The notes: a model not told the origin generated them from the letters alone. Counted from the stretch's first letter, positions 38,174-48,636 are shown. The stretch is DNA of 64,000 bases from an uncultured Gemmatimonadales bacterium (GCA_963771275.1 CAVYSW010000010.1:480001-544000), one strand, 5' to 3'. Numbers and translations are program-made.

Positions 38174-38856
38174 TGCGTGGTGCCCGGGGTGACCTCGCCG
38201 TGCGGCGGGCGGTGATCGCCGCGGCCCGGCGGATGAACGCGCTGGGGATCAATTGCGGGACATCAGGCAATGTGAGCGCCCGCGTGGACCAGGGGTTCCT
38301 GATTACGCCGTCCGCCCGCCCGTACGACGCGATGCGGCCGCAAGACGTGGTCGCGCTCGCGCCCGACGGGACGCAGCGCGCCGCGCCGCGCCGCCGCCCG
38401 TCCACCGAGTGGCGGCTTCACGCGGCCGTGTACGCCGGCCGGCCCGACGTTGGGGCGATCGTGCATGCGCACCCAACCTACGCCACCGCGCTCGCCTGTC
38501 TGCGGCGCGGCATTCCCCCATTTCACTACATGGTAGCTGTCGCGGGCGGGCCCGATATCCGCTGCAGCGGGTATGCTACGTTCGGGACGCAGGCGCTTGC
38601 CGAGGCCGCAGTCGTCGCGTTGCGGGACCGGCGGGCCTGCCTACTCGCGAACCACGGCCTCGTGGCGTGCGGCGTCACGCCGGAGGACGCGCTGGCGCTG
38701 GCGGTCGAAGTGGAAGCGCTGGCGGCGCAGTACTCGCACGCGCTGCAGATTGGCGAGCCCGTGCTGCTCGATGACGACGAGATGCGGCGGGTAGAGGAGC
38801 GGTTTCGCGACTACTATGCCGGGCGACGCAACCCCGGGAGGCATGCGGATGACTGA
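38173..38856 (+). CDS. Class II aldolase (FucA/Ald2-like, DHAP-shunt type)
   Basis: GTSGNVS, ITPS, PSTEWRLH, HAHP, PPFHYMVA, NHG. Confidence 0.85.
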   Translation: MRGARGDLAVRRAVIAAARRMNALGINCGTSGNVSARVDQGFLITPSARPYDAMRPQDVVALAPDGTQRAAPRRRPSTEWRLHAAVYAGRPDVGAIVHAHPTYATALACLRRGIPPFHYMVAVAGGPDIRCSGYATFGTQALAEAAVVALRDRRACLLANHGLVACGVTPEDALALAVEVEALAAQYSHALQIGEPVLLDDDEMRRVEERFRDYYAGRRNPGRHADD

Positions 38857-39070
38857 GCAACGGTCTCTCTTGGTACTTCGCTGGGCGTGGTTTGTCCTGG
38901 CGTTCCTGTCCCTGCTCGTGCTGGCCCGAATGACCCGCTACGCGCCGGAAGGCGATGGGTATTTCTGGGATCGATGGAAGCACCGGGAATGCGAGGCGAT
39001 CGAGGGCGGCCTGGATTGCTCGGTCGTGGACGAGCGCGCGGTGCAGACGGCGAGGGTCGGGGGCGTCTAG
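38849..39070 (+). CDS. Small single-pass membrane protein (73 aa)
   Basis: GGAGG 7 nt before ATG, overlaps aldolase stop, hydrophobic helix then Cys pair. Confidence 0.55.
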   Translation: MTEQRSLLVLRWAWFVLAFLSLLVLARMTRYAPEGDGYFWDRWKHRECEAIEGGLDCSVVDERAVQTARVGGV

Positions 39071-39123
39071 CCTCACTGCCGCGGCCTGCGGGAACCCGGT
39101 CGGCCGGCGTCGGGCCGGTCGCG

Positions 39124-40500
39124 TCAGGGCGGCGTCGCGGGAATGGGGGCGGCGAGGTCGCGCGCCGAGAGAATCTGCGTCATCCAGTCGCGCCGCCCGA
39201 ACACCACGAAGCGCTCTTCCCGGTCGCCGTTCAGCACGACCGCCAGCCCATCGCCCACGATGCTGATGCCGCGCCGCGGCTCGACGGCGGTGATCTCCGC
39301 GAGCGGGTAGGACTCCTCGTGCACCTGGATGTTGAAGCGGTGGGACTTGAAAACGAGTCGCCGGTCCGTGAGGAACAGCTTGCCGCCAACGGCCTCCATG
39401 CCCTTGAAATGACTCGCCCCGCCCTGCTTGAGGACCGTCTCCGGAGCATGACTGGTTGACACCATCGCGTTCCTCGCCGAGCCGAGTGTCTCCCACAATG
39501 TACACCGCTGGTGAAGGGAAGCTGAAGCGGCGATGAAAAGCGTGCCGGGACGGACTGGAATCAGCACGCGGAGCGCGGCGGGCGCGATGCGGATGGCCAG
39601 CCGATGCCGGAGCCCGAGCCATTCTCCGTCTCCGAACGCTCCCACCAGCCGATCTGCGCGGAACGTGAGGTGGGTCAGGTGCGCGAGCCGGCGGGCGTGG
39701 CGACGGAGTGGCCGCCCCGCGCGAACGCGCAGCAGCGTATCGAGAATGGCGGGCCGTGTGGTGGCGGTCACCAGCAGGGCGGCGAACGTCCCCGACCGGA
39801 GCTGGGACGCGGGCACCAGCTCGAGACCGCCGCCGAAGCGATCCACCGTGCCGACCAAGAGGGCCGATACCCGGCTCGGCGCTGCGGGCTCGGTGCCCAG
39901 TCCGATGCGGCAGGTCGCCGGCTCGGGCCCATATTGCAGAATCCGATGTGCTGCGGCGAGCGTATAGATCGCCTTTCCGAGAGCCTGTGCCGGACGACCG
40001 ATCCATGGCCGCGCCTTCAATCGGTTGCATGTGCGGGCCACGTGCGCGGGAAAGCCGAGGCCGCCGACCGTGGCCACCCAGTCGTGTCCCATTCGCAGCA
40101 GGTCGATCGCGCTGGTCTCCGCCGTCTCGATTTCCGCCAGCGCGGGACCGAGCGCGGTCGACATGCCGAGTCGGCGCGCGAGATCGTTGGAGGTCCCGAG
40201 CGGCAGGACACCCAAGGCCGTTCCGGTGCCGGCGAGTGCCTGGATTGCCTGGTGCAGGGTGCCGTCACCGCCGGCCACGAGCAACAGCTGGACGCGGTCG
40301 TTCACCGCGCGAGCCGCCAGCTCCTGCGCCGACCCGTCCCGGCCGACTTCGAGGATCGCCGCGTCCTCGACGCCGAGCCGGTGGGCGATGTGCTCGACGG
40401 CCGGCCGCCGGACCCCACCGGCAAACGGGTTCACGATCAGGACCGCGTGTCGCGCGGGGGCGTCGAGGCTGAGGGGTCGGAGGATTGGTGAGCCGCTCAT
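39124..40500 (-). CDS. YegS/DAGK-family lipid kinase in frame with a C-terminal GRAM (PH-like) domain; internal start at 39465
   Basis: IVNPFAG, GGDGTL, PLGTSNDLAR, DGE; then GGKLFLTDRRLVFKSH. Confidence 0.8.
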   Translation of the reverse strand: MSGSPILRPLSLDAPARHAVLIVNPFAGGVRRPAVEHIAHRLGVEDAAILEVGRDGSAQELAARAVNDRVQLLLVAGGDGTLHQAIQALAGTGTALGVLPLGTSNDLARRLGMSTALGPALAEIETAETSAIDLLRMGHDWVATVGGLGFPAHVARTCNRLKARPWIGRPAQALGKAIYTLAAAHRILQYGPEPATCRIGLGTEPAAPSRVSALLVGTVDRFGGGLELVPASQLRSGTFAALLVTATTRPAILDTLLRVRAGRPLRRHARRLAHLTHLTFRADRLVGAFGDGEWLGLRHRLAIRIAPAALRVLIPVRPGTLFIAASASLHQRCTLWETLGSARNAMVSTSHAPETVLKQGGASHFKGMEAVGGKLFLTDRRLVFKSHRFNIQVHEESYPLAEITAVEPRRGISIVGDGLAVVLNGDREERFVVFGRRDWMTQILSARDLAAPIPATPP

Positions 40501-40647
40501 GCGAGGGATCCCCGTGGGTGTTGCGGAGAACCTCGGGGACGCCCGTCAAGCGGGTGTCAAGGCAGCGGACGAGATCTCACCTGGAAGTTGAAGCGGATCG
40601 TGAAACGCGTTGCTCGGAAATGACTTGGGACATCTGATGCAGTATTA

Positions 40648-40722
40648 TGCGCCCGGGAGGATTCGAACCTCCGACCCTCGGCTTAGAAGGCCGATGCTCT
40701 GTCCGGGCTGAGCTACGGGCGC
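40648..40722 (-). tRNA. tRNA-Arg(UCU)
   Basis: GCGCCCG acceptor stem, anticodon loop CTTCTAA, GGTTCGAATCC; CCA not encoded. Confidence 0.95.
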
Positions 40723-40846
40723 CCGGTCCGGAGTCGAATCTAACGATGTCAGCCAGGGCCCCCAAGACGCCCCGCACGGTCCGGCTCGCGACGGAGTTGG
40801 CGCACCGCTTGCAATCTTCGGGACGACGACGGAATGTTGGCGATAG

Positions 40847-43045
40847 ATGACTGACGTGCGTCTCTGCCCTGCCTGCGGCCACCGGATCGAGGCCAGCGAT
40901 CAGTTCTGCCCGGACTGTGGCGCGGTGCTGTCCCGCACGTCGGTCGAGGCGCATACCGTGCTCGGCGCCGAGCCCGGCCCGGCGGAGAGCCCCTGGGAGG
41001 CCGTCCTGACGCAGCTGCGGGAGGTGACGCGGGGGCGGTTCGAGATCGAGAAGGAGCTGGGTGAGGGCGGCATGGCGGCCGTGTACCTGGCGTATGAGCC
41101 CGCCCTCGATCGCCGCGTCGCGATCAAGGTCATGTCCCCCGCGCTGCTCATGGAGAAGGGCATGGTGGGCCGCTTCAAGCAGGAAGCGGTCACCATCGCC
41201 GCGCTCAAGCACCCCAATATCGTGACCGTGCACGGAGTCGAGCACCACGACCAGCTCCACTTTTTCGTGCTCGATTTCGTGGAGCGGGGCTCGCTCGACG
41301 CAGTGATGCGGCGCTTCGGCCCGCTGCCGGTTTCGGTCGTCGGGGCGTGGCTGGCGCAGATCGCGAGCGCCCTCGAATACGCGCACCGCCGCGGCGTGGT
41401 GCACCGGGACATCAAGCCGGCGAACGTGCTGCTCGACGCCGAGGGGAACGCGATCGTCACCGACTTCGGCATCGCCAAGGTGACGGAGCGGGTCGGCTTC
41501 ACGATGACGGGCGCCACGGTGGGCACGCCATCATACATGAGTCCCGAGCAGTGCCTCGCCCAGCCCGTGACCGGGGCCTCGGACCAGTACTCGCTGGGCA
41601 TCGTCGCCTACGCGATGCTCACCGGTGCGCCGCCGTTCCGCGGCTCGACGCTCGAGGTCATGCGGGCGCACACCGAGGTTGCCCCGGTGCCGGTCACGAC
41701 GGCGCGACCGGACTGCCCGCCCGCGCTCGCACAGGTCGTGATGCGGATGCTCGAGAAGGACGCCGCGCGCCGCTGGCCGAATCTCGCGGCGGCGGTGACG
41801 GCGTATCGCGGCGCGCCGCCGGGACTGCACGACCCGGTGCATGAGCAGATGGCGGCGTTGGCGCGGGGCGAACGCTTGAGCGGGATCGCGCCCACGGATA
41901 CGCCGACCACTCCCCTGCCCGACCTGAACGCCGTGCCGAAGCGGGCCCGCCCGCTCGTGCTCACGCTGGGACTCGGGATCGCGGGGGCCGTCGCCACGGT
42001 CGGTGTGCTGTTCGTGGTGTTGCGGGGACCAGCGCCGCAGCCGACCTCCGCCCCGCCCCCGACCTCAACTGCCGAGCCCGTCGCAGCCGCGCCCGCCCCC
42101 GCCGATACGGTGCGTCCCCCGGTCGTGGCTCCGGCGCCGCCGAGCGCCGTGCTCGCCGCGGTGCGGGTCTCCCCGGCGGCAGTCTCGCTGGGAGTCGGCG
42201 AGACGCGACAGCTGCGGGCGCTCCCGCTCGACGCGTCCGGGCGGTCCCTGAGTGTGCGTCGGGTAACGTGGTCGGCGCGGGATCCCGGCATTGCGTCGGT
42301 CGCGAGCGACGGGCAGGTCACCGGAGCGGCGGCCGGGACGACCGAGGTACTGGCCACCGTCGAGGGAAAGACCGGGAGCGCCACCGTGACCGTCGCGTCC
42401 GAGGCGGTCGCCTCTGTCGCGGTGACTCCGGCGGGCGTCGAGCTGCAGGCGGGTCAGACGGCGCAACTCGCCGCCCATGTGCTGGGTGCCCGAGGGGCGC
42501 GACTCGACCGACCCGTCGAGTGGCGCTCGGCCAATCCCGCCGTGGCCACCGTCTCGGCCGGCGGCGCGGTCACGGCGGCGGGAACGGGAGTCGCCGTCAT
42601 TTCCGCCACGGCCGAAGGTCGCCTCGGGCAAGCGACGGTCACGGTCACCGCCCCCACGGCGCCGGTCAGCGCGGCTCCGCTGAGCGAAGCCGAGGCGACG
42701 CGGCAGATCGACCGATGGATCCAGGGGTTCGTAACGGCGTTGGATGCGGCGCTTCAGCGCCGGGATCTGGCGGCGGTGCGCGCCGCGTATCAGGTCACGA
42801 TGCCGGAAGACGATCAGACCGAATGGCGGAACCGCCTCTCGGTGGACGCCCACTGGCGCGCGCGCCCCTCGCCGACCAACCTGCCGCCCAAGCGGGTCGG
42901 CGGCGTGTGGGTCAGCGAGTTCGAGGTCGAGTTCGAGGTCGAGGCGTCGGGGCGCACGCAGCGCCCGAAGAACAGCTTCTTCGCGGAGTTCGAGCCCGGC
43001 CCGGGTGGGTTGAAGCTCTCGTCGCTCAACCTGCGGTTGCGCTAG
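40847..43045 (+). CDS. Hanks-type Ser/Thr kinase: Zn ribbon, kinase, TM, two Big_2 Ig-like domains
   Basis: CPAC/CPDC, LGEGGMAAVY, VAIK, HRDIKPAN, DFG, GTPSYMSPE; TM helix; WS..DPGIASV and WRSANPAVATV repeats. Confidence 0.92.
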   Translation: MTDVRLCPACGHRIEASDQFCPDCGAVLSRTSVEAHTVLGAEPGPAESPWEAVLTQLREVTRGRFEIEKELGEGGMAAVYLAYEPALDRRVAIKVMSPALLMEKGMVGRFKQEAVTIAALKHPNIVTVHGVEHHDQLHFFVLDFVERGSLDAVMRRFGPLPVSVVGAWLAQIASALEYAHRRGVVHRDIKPANVLLDAEGNAIVTDFGIAKVTERVGFTMTGATVGTPSYMSPEQCLAQPVTGASDQYSLGIVAYAMLTGAPPFRGSTLEVMRAHTEVAPVPVTTARPDCPPALAQVVMRMLEKDAARRWPNLAAAVTAYRGAPPGLHDPVHEQMAALARGERLSGIAPTDTPTTPLPDLNAVPKRARPLVLTLGLGIAGAVATVGVLFVVLRGPAPQPTSAPPPTSTAEPVAAAPAPADTVRPPVVAPAPPSAVLAAVRVSPAAVSLGVGETRQLRALPLDASGRSLSVRRVTWSARDPGIASVASDGQVTGAAAGTTEVLATVEGKTGSATVTVASEAVASVAVTPAGVELQAGQTAQLAAHVLGARGARLDRPVEWRSANPAVATVSAGGAVTAAGTGVAVISATAEGRLGQATVTVTAPTAPVSAAPLSEAEATRQIDRWIQGFVTALDAALQRRDLAAVRAAYQVTMPEDDQTEWRNRLSVDAHWRARPSPTNLPPKRVGGVWVSEFEVEFEVEASGRTQRPKNSFFAEFEPGPGGLKLSSLNLRLR

Positions 43046-43057
43046 CCCCGAGATCCC

Positions 43058-46000
43058 TCACCGCAGCGTGACCGTGATCAATCGCGGTTGCGCTCCCTGT
43101 CCCGTGATTTCGAGTACCGCCACGCTGTTGGCCGGCTCGTCCGCCGCCTTGGCGGGATCGATGGCGACCGTCAGCGTCGCCGGCGCGATCCGGCTGTCGA
43201 ACAGCACGAAGAGCCAGTCCACCCCCGTGGTGTCCCGCACGCTCAGCTCCCGCAGCGTGCCACTGCCGCCGTTGGTGATCCTCACGGTCTGGGCCGGCGG
43301 GTTCGGCCGATCGAACGTCAGGGAATCGCGCGACAGCACGATCGCGGGTGACCGCCCGAGATCGACGTAGTACTTCACGGTGGCGATCAGCGTATCCGGG
43401 GCCAGGCTGCCGACGATCCGGATGGTCGCGAGGTAGGCCGTGTCGCGCGCGGGCGGGACGGCGATCGGCCACACGCGTATCGTCGCGGGCGCGGCGCCGA
43501 GGGCGGAGCTTCGACGTGGAGCCAGGCGGAGTCGTCCGGCGGGGCTCAGGCGTGAGGCTTCCTGTCGGGCGGCCGGCCGGATCGAACACGGTGAATGCCT
43601 GCGTGTCGGCCGGCACCGGATCGCCCGCGAGCACGTGGAACGCGAGCACGGCAGGCGAGCGCTGGATGCGCGGGGGAGGCACCACCTCGAAAGTGACCCG
43701 CACGGTGTCGGGCTGCGCGATCGATTGGGTCGAAAGGACCGCAACGGTCCCGGTCCGCGTGCCCGGCGCAAGGCCGATGGGGTTGGCTTCGATGACCACG
43801 CGCGGCGGGCTGGTGGCGCTGTCCACCCGCGCCTGCAGCCAGGACTGGCTCGTGACGGGCTGCTGCAGACTGCCGGGAGCGCCGTTCCCTGCGTTGAGCA
43901 CGACGATCGTATCCGCGTCCGCGGCGGCGGTCCCTGCCACAGCCGCGAGCTTCAGGCGATCAGGTGACGCGGCGATGACGGGACCGGGATCGATCACCGC
44001 GAACACGCGCACCGTGTCTTTGCCGACTCCGGCGATCTGCGACGACACGACGAGCATGGCCTGGTAACTCCCCGGAACGGCGAGGAGCTGGTGAGGTTGC
44101 AGGCTGAGCCCGGTGGGCGCCGTGGTTGCATCGAGTGTCGCATCGAGCCACGCCGGCACCGTGCCTTCGATCCGGAGCTGCTTGAGCGTGTCGGCGCCGC
44201 CGTTGGTGATCTGCAGCCGTTGGACCGCGGGCCAGGGCGACTGGCCCTGATACGCCCGAAACCGCACCGTATCGGAGGCGAGCACCGTCGTCGGGCCGGT
44301 GACGGTGAGCCGCACGTCCACCGTGTCGGCGCTGTTGCGTGGATCGTCCACCACGATTCTGCCGGTCAGGACGGTGCCGGGACGCGAGCCGGTGGGGATG
44401 CCATTCACCGCGATGGTCAGGGCCGAGTCGCCATCCACGCGGGTCGCCGTGATCCAGCTCGGATGCGTCACCACGGAGGGGCGTCCCGTCCCAGCATACG
44501 TGATGCCCAGGACCGCGCTCGGCAGCTCCGATCCATCGAGCGGTGCGACCAGCGCGACCCCGTCAGGCGAGAGCCAGATGCTGTCGCGCGGCAGCGTGTC
44601 GCTGAGCACGTACCGGATGGTGATAGTCTGCGGTGTGTTGCCGGCCGTCGCCGACGCGATGCGCAGTGTGGCCTCGTACGTTGAATCGCGCTTGAGCCCC
44701 GCGGTGGTGTTGGGTCGCAGGGTGACGCGGGCGGGTACGAGCGTGGTGTCGAGCGCCCAGAACAGCCACGGTGCGGGCGCTGCGAGTGCGCTGCCCCAGC
44801 CGCGCAGCTCGCCCGGCCCGGCGTTGGCGGCAAGCAGCTCGACGACGTGGGGCACGACGCCGGCGGAATCGGCCCGGAACGTCACGGAATCGGATGAGAG
44901 TGCGAGGCTCGGGCCCGCCAGCACCGCAAGCCGTACGCTCACGGTATCCCAGCGTGGGGAGTCACTGCGGACCACGAGGCTGCCGCTGTATTGGCCGACC
45001 GCGAGCCCGGTGGAGTCGACCTGGAGCGAGAGGGCCGCGGGGGCCGTGGGCGCACCGATGCCTGCCCGGAGCCAGGTGGGCAAGCCGGGCATGGTGTCGA
45101 GCCCCGTGAGTGTGCCCTGCCCGTCGTTGGTGAGGCTCACCACCTGCGGGGCGGGAACGGGACCCGCGCGGTACATCGTGAAGGCCACGGCGCCCGGTGA
45201 CGCGCGCACGGTCGGTCCCCGCCGCACGCGCAGCACCACCACCATCGTCTGGGAGCCGCCTCCGCCCGATGAGACCGTGACGCGTGCCGTGTCGGTCACG
45301 ACGCGCGCCGTGTCGGCGGTCGTGTACAGCGACGCCGGCGTGGCGGTGAGCGTGAGCGTGTCGGGGCTGCTCCCCGTCGAGAGCGATGCGGTGAGCCACG
45401 GGCGAGTCGGGGCGGATGCGGCCAGGCCCGCCAGCGGGCGGAGCTTCGCTTCACGGACCCGCACGCCGCGTGTGATCGGGCCATCCCCTTCGACGGCCTC
45501 CAGCACGACGGTGTCGGCGGCGAGTGCGAGCGTCGGCGGATCGGCAACCACGAACGTCACGAGGATCGTGTCGGCTTCCGGGTCCGCGATCCGCGACGAC
45601 ACCACCACCATCGCCTGATACGAGCCGGGCGCGCCCGGGAATGCGTCCGGCACGATGTCGACGTGGGCAGGCGCGGTGGGCGAGCCGAGGGTGGCGGACA
45701 GCCAGCCCGCCGACACGCTTGGGTCGCGCAGCTCGCTCAGGATGCCCGTTCCGCCGTTGGTCACCGTGATCGTCTGCCTGGGCGGGAGTGCCCCGCCGGC
45801 AATGGCGCCGAACGTGAGCGCCGTGTCCGATAGGGCAATCTGCTGGGTCTGTCCCACCTCGAAGGTGACCGTGATGGTCCGCGGGCTGCTGTCCGCCGCC
45901 GGCAGCACGACGCCGAGCGTCGCCGTGTAGGTGGTGTCGACCGTGAGATGCTCGGCGCTCGCGGCCAGGATGATCGTCGTGTCCTGGAGCGTCGCCGTCA

Positions 46001-46247
46001 GCCATCCCGTGGCGGCATCCTGATAGGCGGGCTGGGTGAGCGTGAGGCCGGCCAGCGTGCCCCGCCCGTTGTTCGACACGACGACCCGCGCGCTGTCGGG
46101 CGTGGTACTGCCCTTGGGGGCGAACATCGCGACCTCGCGCGCCGAGAGCGCCAGCACCGGCACGTCGGCGGGCGGCGTGATGCCCGTGTCGCAGGCCGCG
46201 GCGCCGGCAGCGACCAGCAGCACCCGGAAACGCGCCCCGGCCGTCAT
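43058..46247 (-). CDS. Large (about 1060 aa) lipoprotein of tandem BACON-like Ig repeats, frame-disrupted at about 43500-43555
   Basis: ATG 46247 overlapping upstream stop, lipobox AAAC; about 10 repeats of LS...L.F / NGG.GTL / WL.A / G.Y / DT..V; the last 1.5 repeats lie in another frame ending at 43058. Confidence 0.8.
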
Positions 46248-47593
46248 CAGAACTTGTACTGCAGGCCGGCCGACCAGATGATGCCGGGCCGCAGGCCGCC
46301 GCTGTTGAGGGGAATCACGGTGCTCGTGATGACCGTCATGCCGACACCCCGTTCCGCGCCCGTGGCGCAGAGGTGCGGCCACCGGTCCGTGCAGGGGACC
46401 GACCACTTCAAGCCGAACGTTGCGTCCACCCGGTTGTCGCGGATGTCCGGGATGGTGGTGGCGGGCACCGAGCGGGTGAACGGCTCGGTGTACTGGATGT
46501 CCGCCGGCACCCGAAGGGCGCTGCGGTCGATCTCCGTTTCCGCGAGGACGTCTACCGCGAGCGTGACGCCGTCGGTGATCACGTGGTCGAATCCCGCCGC
46601 CGCGACCAACGAGTGGTTCTGCAGTGAGTCGGCGCGGCCGCGGTACAGGTACCCGAGGTTGACGTGCGGCGTGAACCGGCCGAACTCGGCGGAGACGACG
46701 CCCAGGCCGCGCGCGGCGACCGTGCCGAGGCCGAGCAGGTTGTCCACGCTCCCCGTCGGCAATCGTAGGTCGCCCTGCAGCGCCAGCCCGAGCTTGTCGC
46801 CCTGATGGAGATTGAGCTTGAAGCGGACGCCGAGGTCGCCAATCCCGATGGCCGATCCCTCCTGGTAGCTCGTCTCGCTGACCTTGGGGTCTTCCGCCGG
46901 ACCGCCAAAGCTGTAGACGGAGGTCGCGCCGAACGGGATGATGCTGGCGTCGCTCCGGCCCGTGATGGCGGTGTACACCACCGGCAGCGCCACGCCGATG
47001 TCGAGGCGGTTGGTGACGCCGTACGTGGCGAAGAACGACGCGGCGAATGTGCGGATGGACAGCTGCGTGCGGACCTGGAGGATGTTGTTTTCCTGGATCG
47101 GGTTGCCGAAGCCGGGTGTGCCCGGGATGTCGACGTGCCGGAAGTTGAACAGCAGGTCGTTGATCGGGATCCCGCGGAGGTTCCGGAAGCCCATCTGGGT
47201 GAACAGCACGCCGAGCAGCAGCTTGTTCCGTCCCAGGGACGGCGCGCGCTCGGCATAGATCGGTCCGCCCGAGACGAGTCGGGTCTGGATCCGGCCGCCG
47301 GGGGTGAACTCGACGACGCTGCCGGCGCTCGTGGCGGGGGTCGGGATGTTGGCGACGCTCAGGCTGATGGCGTCACTCACGAATCCGATGAGGAGGCTAT
47401 TGCCCGATTCGAGCGCGTCGGAGAACGCGAGGGCCGCGTCCTGCCCACTGGTGTTCTGGAGGCAGAGGAGCACGTCGGCGCCGCAATCGCCGAAGCGGAA
47501 CAGTGCCAGCACTCGCTGGCGAAGGGTCTGCGCGCGCAGGGGCGCGGCCGGGAGGAGGAGCAGGATCAGGCAGAGCAGTGTTCGCGGGGCCAT
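46247..47593 (-). CDS. Outer membrane beta-barrel protein (MetA-pathway/transporter-like)
   Basis: Signal peptide, YGVTNRLDIG..LP, GIGDL..RFK, LRLPTG, PHVNLGY, C-terminal QYKF. Confidence 0.75.
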   Translation of the reverse strand: MAPRTLLCLILLLLPAAPLRAQTLRQRVLALFRFGDCGADVLLCLQNTSGQDAALAFSDALESGNSLLIGFVSDAISLSVANIPTPATSAGSVVEFTPGGRIQTRLVSGGPIYAERAPSLGRNKLLLGVLFTQMGFRNLRGIPINDLLFNFRHVDIPGTPGFGNPIQENNILQVRTQLSIRTFAASFFATYGVTNRLDIGVALPVVYTAITGRSDASIIPFGATSVYSFGGPAEDPKVSETSYQEGSAIGIGDLGVRFKLNLHQGDKLGLALQGDLRLPTGSVDNLLGLGTVAARGLGVVSAEFGRFTPHVNLGYLYRGRADSLQNHSLVAAAGFDHVITDGVTLAVDVLAETEIDRSALRVPADIQYTEPFTRSVPATTIPDIRDNRVDATFGLKWSVPCTDRWPHLCATGAERGVGMTVITSTVIPLNSGGLRPGIIWSAGLQYKF

Positions 47594-47618
47594 GACTCCC
47601 TTGCCTGCCGGGCGCCGC

Positions 47619-48497
47619 TCAGGGCGCGAGCACGATGCGGTTGCCGCCCTGGGCCTTGGCCTGCCGGAGTCCCTGCTCTGCGGCCTGCACCAGCAGCTCG
47701 TGCGACTCACCCCGCTGGGGCACGCGCGCCGCGACGCCGCCGCTCACGGTCACCCGCTGGAGGTCGCCGTGCTCCCCGGGGTAGTCAATGCCGAGGGCCG
47801 CGACAGCCTGCCGGAGCCGTTCGCAGTGCGCCCGCGCCGCGGCCGCATCGAGCCCGCCCGCGAACAGCACGCCGAACGTCCCGCGATCGTACCGCGCGAC
47901 GAGGTCGCCCTCCCGGCGAAGGTCCGTGGCAAGGGCCGTCGCGACGCGCCGCAGTCCCCGGTCTCCCTCGAGGTGCCCCACGCCGTGGTTGTATGCGCGA
48001 AACGCGTCGATGTCAAGCAGCCCGAGCGCGACCGGCACCCTGAGGCGGATGGAGCGCTTCCACTCTCCCAGCAGGGCCTCGTCCCAGACGGTGCGGTTGG
48101 GGATGCCGGTGATGCCGTCGAGCCGGCTCTGCCGCAGCCGCTCCTCGGTGACGTCGCGCGCGACCGCGTACAGCAGACCGCTCGCGGCATCGGGGTAGCA
48201 GGTCCAGGACAGGTGCCTGTAGCTCCCGTCCTTCGCGCGGTAGCGGTTCTCGAATGCCAGGCACAGCTGGCCGCTCGCCAGCTGCCGCGTCTGAGCCACG
48301 GTTTCGAGACGGTCCTCCGCGTGGACGAACTCGAGGAACGGCCGCGCCAGCAGCTCGTCGCTCGAATAGCCCAGCACGCGTTCGAACGAGTGGTTGACCC
48401 GGCGGAAATACCCGGTCACGTCCGCAATGCAGAGCATGTCGACGGCGTAATCGAAGAACCGATCCAGGTCCAACGACTGCGACGGGCGCTGAGGCAC
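47619..48497 (-). CDS. PAS + degenerate GGDEF protein (DRGTF active site, RxxD I-site intact)
   Basis: PAS with [50 protein letters not shown]. Confidence 0.85.
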   Translation of the reverse strand: MPQRPSQSLDLDRFFDYAVDMLCIADVTGYFRRVNHSFERVLGYSSDELLARPFLEFVHAEDRLETVAQTRQLASGQLCLAFENRYRAKDGSYRHLSWTCYPDAASGLLYAVARDVTEERLRQSRLDGITGIPNRTVWDEALLGEWKRSIRLRVPVALGLLDIDAFRAYNHGVGHLEGDRGLRRVATALATDLRREGDLVARYDRGTFGVLFAGGLDAAAARAHCERLRQAVAALGIDYPGEHGDLQRVTVSGGVAARVPQRGESHELLVQAAEQGLRQAKAQGGNRIVLAP

Positions 48498-48636
48498 GGG
48501 GCGCTCACCTCGGTGGCGGGGGACGATGCTGATGTATCGACAGTCGGCGAGACGCCGTCAAGGGCGCGCGGGCTGGCGTCGGTTGGTACGGGCGGCGATA
48601 CTGCCCTGCACACCACCTGCACCGTTCGGGGATCCC

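Noticed and set aside
39070..40650. Possible integrative element at the tRNA-Arg 3' end
   Set aside because: No integrase and no duplicated tRNA 3' end (att site) found; only a weak compositional hint
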